From Takakia lepidozioides (Eukaryota; Plantae; Bryophyta): a stretch of 64,000 nt of DNA. The notes beneath the pieces were generated by a model, which was not told where the DNA came from, made no database searches, and worked only from the letters and a program-made list of their open reading frames with translations. The position numbers and the translations under genes are program-made. Below are positions 54,402 to 64,000 of this stretch, piece after piece. The number at the start of each line of letters is the position of its first letter. The stretch's first letter is position 1. The stretch is from NCBI GenBank assembly GCA_030704615.1, contig CM060733.1:16120001-16184000 (forward strand), written 5' to 3'.

Positions 54402-57400
54402 CTATGTACTACATACTTGCAGTGATTCTGGGTAATCAGCTTGCACCTGGGAATTAACTATATTTCTCACATCAAGTACATTACGAAATCCACAACCAGT
54501 ATTAGGGGCACGTGCCGTAACCTTAAGAAACTGCACGTCATCAAAATCACAAGCAGCCTTTTCCCCTTCTCCAGAAATGGCTGATGTCAATATGGGAAGT
54601 CGCCCCCAGGAAGGTGTCCCATCCTCGTAGTAATTGTGTGTCACTCTTGTAAGTCCAGACCCATCAGTTTTGACAACAAAAATCTCACCATAAGGTTGGA
54701 ATGCGTGTGGCAATGAGATAGGCTCAGCTGACACTCCTGCATAGTCGGTTGTAAAAGCTATGCTTGTTCCATCTGAACTGAAAGTCGGGTGGTTGATAAG
54801 GCCCCTTTCAGCGCTGGTCAGGATCATGTGAAGGTCCGTTCCATTTGGACGAATCAGGTACAGTGCAAACGACTTTTCTGCATTGCCATCTTCAAACTTT
54901 AGCTTCGACTTCCAATTCCAAGCATAACAATTGAAGATGTTAGGAGCTAGATTTGAAAAGACCTCTCCTTTGGTTCAACCTTCTAACAACAAGCTGGCAG
55001 CAAGTAACAAGGATACCATGTGCATCTACAAAAATGATTGATCTTGTAGCTGTAAGTAGTAATTAGGACTTCCTTGTGATAAAAGCATCCAAGGTTTCTA
55101 CAACTGGGTGCTCCGATAAAAGTATCAGCTTGAAGGGACACTTTCTACTTGGCTGCGCCCGCATACCAGCTCACCAAAAATACGTTATTCCTCCATAAAT
55201 GTGAACTGCGTCCACCAGTATCCTAAATTTTCAAAAAGGAAAGGATGTTATCTAGCTTGTTGATGGTTCATTGTTTTCTAAGGGACTCCATATCTCCATC
55301 GTGACAGGGCTATATGTTGTAGACCTCACATGCCAAAGAATTCAATTATGCGTAGTACCTCAATAATATGATCCATGTCCAAACAACCTCACTCCATTTT
55401 ACACACTGGAGACAAACGCCAAGTCCTTGAGGCCTCTTTCATCTGTTCTTCTTAAGATCTTAAGGGACTCCACAGGAGAGGTCATAAGCTATATTTGAAA
55501 TCAATGAAATAAACGCCCCTCATCATTCAACCAAAAGTCATGGATAAGGTGTCCTGTATACCTGTTGGGTTATGTCTATTAGAAACAAAAGTGATCCATT
55601 CATTGTCAGGTGACCAAGTTGGCATGGTATCTGTAAAATTGCCTTCTGTGAGACGTCGCAGGTACTTCTCCTCCCCATCAACCGCATCCATGATGTACAG
55701 ATTCTTGTGACCAGCCCGTCCCGAGCGGAAAACAAGATACTTGCCATCAGGTGAAGGTGAGGGAAATGCATTGTTCAGTGTACCCTCTTTTGTCAAGTAT
55801 TTGAATGCGTTCGCCCCTTCAGCATCAATATCAGCAGTGTCCACATGTGAAATAGCCAATATGTGTACACTGGCTTTCTCAGGAGCAAACATAGGTCCCT
55901 GTGCCACATACACTACCCCCTTCCGAGTAGGGTCCCATGCTGTTCCAAATACAGGCCCCTTGTACACTTTACGTTTTCCTGACCCATCCAGCTTCATCGC
56001 ACCCAGATATGTGAAACCTCCCTCGTCATCAATGTAAGCAATCAATGAACCATCTGGTGACATTGATGCAAAACTACCATCAATGCGAGAAAGAGTAACA
56101 TTTTGGAGCGGTGACTTCACAAACGCAACACGGGGGTCTACAGCCTGGCTTGACCCTCCATCACGAGTATTTCCTCTGCATCTATGATATCCAAGTTTGC
56201 CCGAATTTGAAGAAACAAAAGGACTGTAGTGATGTGTATGTGAATTGATTAATTCTGTCAATGGGAGGAACTGCTTTTCTTGCAAATCAAAAATTTCAAT
56301 ATGTCGATACACAGCTCGCCGAGTCGCAACAGCAATCCATTTTCCAGACCTTGAAGCAGCTGGAGTGAAGGCGTGCACTCCTGATGGGGTCACGCGCTCA
56401 GGTTCTGTAGACACCCACCAAACAAACAATCGGAGATACTGAATGGCCAGATTTGGAGCAAGATTGACATCACTCTTTGGAAAAAAAAAGTACTTGATTG
56501 ATGTATCATATCAGGACCCACACTTTAAATAACCACCACAATCAGCAGTATGTTTATAAAATTTTAAAAACCTCAATTCCAGTCACAAAGGGAAAAATTA
56601 GAGTGAAAGCAGAAATGTAGAAACTGTGAAACAGATAGTGAACTTGAAGCATTGGTGTTTAAATGCTGATGGCAGTGAATGAAGTTTTAATCATACATGA
56701 ATTATCACAATGAGCTGTAAAGACCTTAATGTTGTAACTTTCAGTGGCATCAGTGTTCATATGGTGATGGCAACACCTGAATTCATTTATCATGCATGGA
56801 CTGTTACAAGAAGCTGTAACACCATACGATTGGAACTTCGTGCATCCACAGGTCTTACAGTTTGAAATAACCAATGACAACTATCTGTCGCAAGAAGCGA
56901 TTTTGTTTAAGCAAGCCTATTTTGAACAACACCGATATTTCCAAACATGGACCAATCTCTGTTAACCAACACTGGCCAACACTGGCCCTGCACATGGACA
57001 GGCCGAGTATCCATTAGAGCCACTAGAAAGGAAAAGGCCAAGTGCACATTAGATGGTGGGCTGCATAAGAACCAACAGATGAGGAATCTAACCTTGCTCA
57101 GAAGAACTTTCAGACACATTAACCTTGTAAATGCTCCACCATCCGTCATCTGCACAGCGGTGGAAATACACAGTGGTCTCATCTGCCCAGGTTGGCCAAC
57201 CAGCATTTGTCAAGACCAGGCGCCGTTGAGAGCCATCCTCTGCTTTGAAAACATAGAGGTCTAGGTTCAATGCTTCAAATTCTCCTTCCCAGCCTCGTCT
57301 TTCATTGGAAGCCACCGCAACCCACTCACCTGCACACCTCTTATATATCAGGTGAACATACTCGGCATTGACGCATCAGACTCATGTGAGACAGAGCACT

Positions 57401-59097
57401 CCCAGACACTCAACAAGAGATAGGAAAGTTTCTTGACTAAAAGATGCATCTAGGTCACCCTAATACTCAATGGAGTCAAATGACTAGCACTGAATAGTGT
57501 CCATAAGTCCAAACAACAAATCATTCAAATAAAATTTTCCAATCTGAAGCTGTTGCTGTTACGCACCTGCAGCTCCCAAGCAAAGTTTTACCAGATGGAG
57601 AGACAGAAGGGCTGTAGTCAGTGACCCCTTGCGGGCTGAGACGTTTTGTAACAGAGGTCCTGAAGTTAGTAGAGTAGATGCCATTCCAGCCCTGTCGAGG
57701 CTTGCCAACATCTTCCTCAGTGGAAACATACACAACTGTGTCTCCACTCATTGATGGCTTGTCATTTAGATATGCTTTTGAAGGAGCCTTCACCATGCCT
57801 GCATCATGTAGTGCAATCCGCCATTCCCTCCTCGTTGAAAGCCGACCATCTTGAACATTCAACAAACACCATGCATTGACCTCAGTGATAGAGAAACAAT
57901 GCACTGAACCCAGACAAACCCTAGATGGTGCATGGTAGGGGTTGCAGAGTTCCCTCCGAGGAAATATGAGCCCATGTGCATAACCTCCATGTTTGTTACA
58001 TGCAATTTTTAGACTGCTATTGAGAATGAGTCTGACCCGCCAACATTCTGAAGAAGGCACTCACATCCAAATCCGTTTGGTGACCTTCACAAGCCCTAAT
58101 TTGACTCCCATATATCAGTTTATGAACTTTTCCAAAAGGCCACTGGTTGGACACAAAGCAGGTCCTTGTGGTAACATCCAGTGTCAGCTCATATGGCACC
58201 TATCTGGTGAACCTTCTGATATAACAAACCGAAAATGGTGTTCTCCTGTCGATTCTCCAGCACTTCGCCAACCCCATCCGAGCCATCGATGCACAGTACG
58301 TGTATCAATTAACAGTAGTCGACGTACCATCTACGAGGTCTCAATGATTTACTACCAAAATTGGGTTCACTGTAATCTGGGTGCAGCCGAACCCAAATTA
58401 CAGGCAGCACAATTGCACACCGGGTTTTCTGATTTGTAATGTAACAGACGTGCTGGCAAACCGCAAACAACCAATGCACTAGCCATTGGAGTAGCAACAT
58501 CTTAACCTAGAGCGTTTGACTCATTGCAGCAAACATAGAATTGAATCCCATCAATACTCCAAGCATCCATGTTTTGCATCCAAAAAGGGATTCCCAAATA
58601 TTCAAAGAGAGTAGGATCTGAGTTCCTCGCCCACCTTGTACTGGAGTGGCCCCCAACGGAATGTCAATGTAAATTTGCGGGCTGCCTTCGACCTCCGACA
58701 CATAAACAAGCAACTCGAGTCCGTTCTGATCAGACCCACGCTCAATCTTGTGGCCATTAGTCTTCAACCTCTCAACCACTGCAGAGTTGATGTTGGATTC
58801 CACCAGCTGCGCGTTGTAGCTCACTGACTCCCCGTACGTGACGCAAGTCTCCTCATACGCATGTACTTCCCGGTTGAGCGAGAGATGTCCCAACAGCACA
58901 TCGGGCGGCAGAGTGAGAGTGTACACATCGAAATCAAAGTGCAATCGACCAAGCGTTGAAAATCCGATCGTGCCTCCCACTTCTGCATACTCTCCTCCTG
59001 CTGCTTCGGCACCCCAAATCCCCTTTTCTCCACCTCTCCATGATCCCACCCACAACACCACCACCAATACCAGCGGCATTAGACCTTTCACCGCCAT
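54402..59097 (-). CDS. Secreted TolB-like / DPP6 N-terminal-like beta-propeller protein (PD40 repeats); exons approx. 59097-58635, 57851-57592, 57329-57093, 56405-55562, 54878-54402
   Basis: Hydrophobic N-terminal signal peptide; GTIGFSTLGR..FDFDVY; repeated PxxSPDG motifs (NAFPSPSPDGKYLVFRSGR, MPTWSPDNEWI, HPTFSSDG); QPYGEIF...EDGTPSW, as in plant TolB-related proteins. Confidence 0.85.
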
Positions 59098-59682
59098 CGC
59101 TGCTCACATCATTGCCCCGGGGCACAGGATTCCATATCCACATTCATGGATGATCGGAGCGTGTGTCCGGACAACTAGCTAGAGAGGCCCTTAGCTCCTT
59201 CCACAAAAAATTTGATATCCCGCAATCTAAAAGCAATAATAAAGTTATCAGTAAAGTGCCAAAAAGTGGGGACGAGTACCCCCAGTTTGGCCAAAAGTGG
59301 GGACGACTTAAGAATCTGGGGACCAAACTCATACAAAGGAAAAAAACCACGGGATGAAACTAGTTTGAGCACCAAAACTGGTGGAAACCCAGTTTGGGTT
59401 TTGCCCCCCTGCACGCCCCCTGACGCCGAGCGACCTGCGAGCAGCAAGCTGCAAGATCACTGCATGGGCGTAAGAAAGTGCAGCGGCGGCGAGACTCATG
59501 CCCAGTTTTCACAAACTCGTGCCCAATTTTGCTGGCTTTCAAACTGGGGATGAAACACAGGTTAGAGGTCCAAACTGGGGACCAAACTGGGCATGACTTT
59601 AAGGATAACTTTAATGAATGACCAGCCTTTCCAGACTTGGGCAAAAACCTTGAGCTGTGCACAAGAACAGGGGAGTGGTTAA

Positions 59683-61164
59683 GAGCATCTCCACCCTATC
59701 CACTGAAAATTTAACTGTATAGGGACACCTATTCCGTGCACTAAATATTATTTTACGTCGCTCTCAATGCATCGACCCACCGCAGACGCGGAAAAGCCAA
59801 CGCTATATGCCGTCGGGCTCGCTGACGACGACCCCAACGGAATAGCATGTGGCGGGAAGCTACGAGAGCACTTCAGGGAGAAGCTGCGATAGCGATTCAA
59901 TCTCAAGCGTTTTTTTACAATTTCCTCACACATTCACTTTGTGTACACATACAATGGATGCTTGGAGGCGTGAACTGAATCAAAATATTCAAGCTGAGAT
60001 TAGGAGGGAGCTAGAAGATGATGATGAGGATTTCATCATGGGTGTTATTGTGACTGCTAGTTGTGATCATTCTTCGCGCAGGGTTAAAGCTAGGCGTGGA
60101 TCAAGACCAGGGAAAGCAGCTAAAGTTGATAGAGAGAGGCACGCTGGACATGAGAGGATTTGGAGAGATTACTTCTCTGAATCACCTACGTACGATGAGA
60201 GGACATTTCGCCGTCGGTTCAGGATGCGGAGGGATCTTTTCTTGAAGATTACGCACTCAGCTGTAGCCTATGATCCTTATTTTAAGCAGAGGGTAGATGG
60301 GTGTGGATTGTTGGGTTTGTCAAGTATCCAGAAATGCACAGCGGCATTAAGGATGCTCGCTTATGGAGTAGCTGCCGATGCTGTTGTTGAGTACTGCAGG
60401 TTGAGTGAATCCAGTGCTATAGAGGCTACAAAGAGATTTGTGCATGCAGTTCGTCCCTGTTTTGAGGAAGAATTCCTTTGTCAACCAACTACACAAGACA
60501 TACAGAGGCAAATGCGGATCAATACTGCTCGAGGGTTTCCCGGTATGTTTGCCTCTTTAGATTGTATGCATTATGTTTGGAAGAACTGCCCTGTTTCTTG
60601 GCAGGGCCTGTATCAAGATAAAGATGGAAACCGCAGCATTGTGCTGGAGGCAATTGCCTCTCAGGATCTTTGGATCTGGCACGCCTTTTTTGGCTGCCAG
60701 GTGGAAACAATGACATTAACGTTCTGGATCGCTCTCCGTTGGTTGCAAATTTGCTCAAATGAGAGGCTGAGAATGTCACCTTCACTGTCAACGACAATGT
60801 CTACAAGAGGTATTACCTCTTGGCAGATGGCATATATCCCTCTTGGTCCATTTTTGTGCAGACAATTAATGAGCCTCAAGACCAGAAGAGGGCGCATTTT
60901 GCGATGATGTAGGAGAGTCAGTGAGAAAGGACGTCGAGAGAACTTTCGGTGTACTACAGAGCAGGTTTTCAATCATACAAAACCCTTCGAGACAGTGGGA
61001 CATATACACTATCAAATCTATCATGTTAGCATGTGTCATACTTCATAATATGATAATAGATGACGAGCGAGACACTGCTTTTGAAGGCCAATTTGATGAG
61101 CACCCAGTAGTGCCCATTCGCAGAGGTCTTAGTTTTGAATCTTATCATCTAGGTACTCTAGAAA
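59683..61164 (+). mobile_element. PIF/Harbinger element with decayed transposase (ATG 59954), truncated by a CACTA insertion
   Basis: TAA followed by GAGCATCTCCA terminus at 59680-59693. Motifs FRRRFRM, ALRMLAYG, RGFPGMFASLDCMHYVWKNCP, YYLLADGIYP and RKDVERTFGVLQSRF..LHNMII. Frameshifts at ~60695 and ~60915, stop at ~60910. Confidence 0.88.
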
Positions 61165-61652
61165 CACTACTGCAAATAGGGGGGTTTAGCGACGCCAGCC
61201 GCGCGGTGCTGAGCGTGCGACGTCCGCCCCACGGCGCATTTTTGTGATGCCTCAGAGTCGCTTAACAGCACTGGGGCTGCCCTTGCGACGCCGTAGCGTC
61301 GCATCACAACGCACAGGCATCACCCCCCTGCGCTGGGGCCAGTCGGCGACGCCGGACGTCGCAAGGTGGCATGAAGGGCAAGATGCAACTCTTATGTACG
61401 ACTCCCGGCCGTCGCAAGGTGAGTAACCCCCTTGCCACGTCCGGCCGTCACATGATGGCTTGACTGGGCGTCACAGGGGGGTGTTGCGACGGGGTTGGCT
61501 TGGGGGGGTCGCCAAAAGGGGGGGGGGGGGGGTCTTTCAGTTAAGGGGCAGGGAGAGGGGGTGGGGACAGGGGATGGGACTCTTGGGGGGGGGCACCTCT
61601 CTGTTTTTCTTTCTTTGCCCCCCCTCTCTCTCTCTCCCTCTCTCTCTTGGTT

Positions 61653-61884
61653 GTTAATAAATTTGTTTGCAAGATGGCTGTCCCATGCAACATTTACAAG
61701 GACTTCCACTAATGGGAAGATGCGGACTAGTATTGTGAAGTCAGTGTTCAAGGTGAGCTCAAAAACACAAACATCTCCTTCCTCAAGGCACTGGTGGAGT
61801 GCAAATTGTGCCCAATCTTGAGAGTCCATCTCCCGACTGTAAGGGTGCTCCCCTGCGCATTGAGGATTCCACACTTTGCTAGTG
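61653..61884 (-). pseudogene. B3 exon-3 fragment inside the CACTA element
   Basis: KVWNPQCAGEHPYSREMDSQDWAQFALHQCLEEGDVCVFELTLNTDFTILVRIFPLVEV...HLANK, near-identical to exon 3 of the B3 copies. Confidence 0.9.
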
Positions 61885-62159
61885 GATGGCAACCACACCA
61901 CCGATGGAGTTCTCATACTCCACATCTTGGAAGCCCGCATTGGCTACCATGGCTGCAAACTACATGTCATGAGACAGAGAGTTAAACATCGTCTATGACA
62001 CCTAGACAATATTAATATATGGGAGGAATTGACACCTCCAAAGGATTTTTTTCCATTGATAAATCATAGAAATAAGCTACATGCATGTACATGTACAATC
62101 AATCGAAGGGATGGGTACAGTTATGTGCGAAAATTATTACGTAGCTTTGATTACGTGTC

Positions 62160-64000
62160 TAATCAACTTGAACATCATCATCCGGAGCTTCTTCATCCTC
62201 ATCAAACTACAAGTCTTCTTGGTCATCGGAGTCATCACCATAAATGGGCCGGCCCTCAAATGGCATCTCCGAATCATCCTCCACCTCGTTTTCAATGGCC
62301 GTGTCTTCATCTCCTTCTCCAACATCCGTATTTTCTGGAGCTTCATCATATAAACGATAATCGGATGGACGATGAATAGGGTTGAGTCTATCTGCATTGA
62401 CGCGCATGAACCACAATCATCTCGCACTAGTGTTGCTGAGGGTCCCACAAGATGTGGCTGGAACCACCTTCCCTTGAAGAGAAGAGGCCGGTACCTTGTA
62501 TATTGAAGTTGGAGTATGCTCTCAAGCTCTCTAATGTACTCAAGTTTGCTCATAGCAGGTCGTGTATCTCTCTTGCCCCACACAGAGTGTTGCCAATATG
62601 TGGCACACAAACCAGAATCAAACGTTGTTTTGCGCTTCATGTCAAGAGCACAAATGCGGAAATGACGACCGTGATCCCAAACCGTCGTGTATGAGGTCGC
62701 GAATTGAGAGGGGCCCATTCCAAGGTCTTGCACCATATCTAAAACCACCTCACCTTGAGCAACGGCGTCATAAACTGAAGTCTTGAGCCACTGTTGGAAC
62801 ATTGAACTTAGAGGCTGCAATTCCGTGGGCAAATCTTGTGAATGAACATTCCGGCGGCCCGCTCCTCGTCGAGGGCATCTAGTAACCGGCCTTGGATGGT
62901 TCCGCCTCCATGCAAGTGTCTCCTCCTCTCGTTGCTGAACAAGGTTATTGTATCTTGTCTCCCACTCATGTATGGATGGGTTGTTCTTCAGTATGAAGTC
63001 ATGTGTTTGCTCAATCACCATGGTCGGCAATTTTACCCTCTTCGATTTTTTGGGCAAAATGATGTCTTTGGTTCGTGCATCCTCCTCTTCCTTCCACATC
63101 CGAGGGGCTTCCTTATCCACCCTTGCCATGTACTCCATGCAATAGAACATAGCTTCTTGCAACGTATACCTCTCCGCCATGCTACCCTCCGGGTGCGCCA
63201 TTTGTCTTACAAATGCTTTCAAAGTCTTCATGTAACGCTCAAGGAAGTACATCCACCGAGAATGAACGGGGCCGGCAATCGAAGTCTCTTCCACTAAGTA
63301 CACTACCAAGTGCACTTGGATGTCAAAGAAGGAGGAAGGAAGGTTCATCTCCAACATACACATTACCTCCGCCGCTTCCTTCTTCATGCTTGGAAAATCC
63401 GCTTCCTCCAACTCTTTCAAATCCACCAGAACAAGCCTCCCAATCTATAGATTGTCTCGCGAACCTTGGGAGTCAATGTCCCACAAACTGCAATGGATAA
63501 GATGTCTTGCAAAATATTGTGGTAGTCATGAGACTTCAAACCATGGACCCCGTCGTCTTTGTTGAACTTCATACGGAGGGATGACCCATAACCAGTTGGT
63601 GTTCGGATAGCACACTCATACAAAATGTGCAATATCACATGCATGCATAAGGATATTGATGGTGTTTTTGTGGAATATGTACCGCCCAATATGGCAACTC
63701 ATAGAAGATTGAAAGTCGTTTCATGCCGAGAACGTCCACTTCACCGACCGTGCCCGCATGGGCCTCATTCCATCGGTCCTCCCAAAACTGCCTGAATGGT
63801 GTCACAGGGGGGGGGAACGTAGTTCCTCTTTGCCATCAAACAAGTGTTTTTCTCTTCTTCTCCATCGATGGCTCATAGGAAGAAACTTGCGGTAGTTCGG
63901 ATACACCATCTTGTGAAGATAGCGAGAGCTATGTGCATCAAGATCATCGCCACAATGCAAGCATGCATGGTACCCTTTGGTGCTTGCCCCGAGCAAACCG
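62160..64000 (-). pseudogene. CACTA Tnp2/TnpD transposase 3' part (Transposase_21 plus DUF4218-like), frameshifted
   Basis: Motifs GASTKGYHACLHC, HGLKSHDYH, FFDIQVHLVV..GPVHSRWMYFLERYMKTLK..V..HPEGSMAE and an acidic tail, spread over several frames. Confidence 0.88.

Larger units (their letters stand above)
61165..64000 (-). mobile_element. CACTA/En-Spm element (runs beyond the window end)
   Basis: CACTACTGCAAATAGG terminus at 61165. Many GCGACG/GTCGC subterminal repeats in 61185-61515. Tnp2-type coding sequence downstream. Confidence 0.88.

Noticed and set aside
61392-61940. 182 aa ORF as a real B3 fusion protein
   Set aside because: It runs from unrelated spacer through the B3 fragment into GA/poly-C low-complexity subterminal sequence, so it is likely incidental.
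1-64000. CRISPR arrays, rRNA, prokaryotic operons, and most short ORFs in the track
   Set aside because: The sequence is intron-rich eukaryotic DNA with no repeat-spacer array. Most listed ORFs are antisense shadows or intron read-throughs.

Overview
Eukaryotic land-plant nuclear DNA (spliceosomal GT-AG introns; gene content and divergence suggest a non-seed plant, which is inference only). Host genes: a cluster of two-domain B3 (REM/VRN1-like) genes (three intact, one pseudogene) flanking a U/P-type cyclin, a ~33-exon P2B Ca2+-ATPase (ACA8/9/10-like, minus strand), and a secreted TolB/DPP6-N-like beta-propeller gene. Mobile DNA is diverse. It includes a full-length piggyBac (TTAA TSD, TIRs, decayed DDD transposase) with a related non-autonomous piggyBac next to it, and a PIF/Harbinger transposase interrupted by a CACTA element. 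There are also hAT and TA-flanked MITEs, truncated LINE 3' ends and a tRNA-derived SINE family. Two observations stand out: (1) piggyBac elements in a land plant, with empty sites visible in the paralogous duplication unit; (2) a CACTA element carrying a B3 exon, whose transposase 3' end matches the sequence upstream of the B3 genes, linking the B3 cluster to the transposon.
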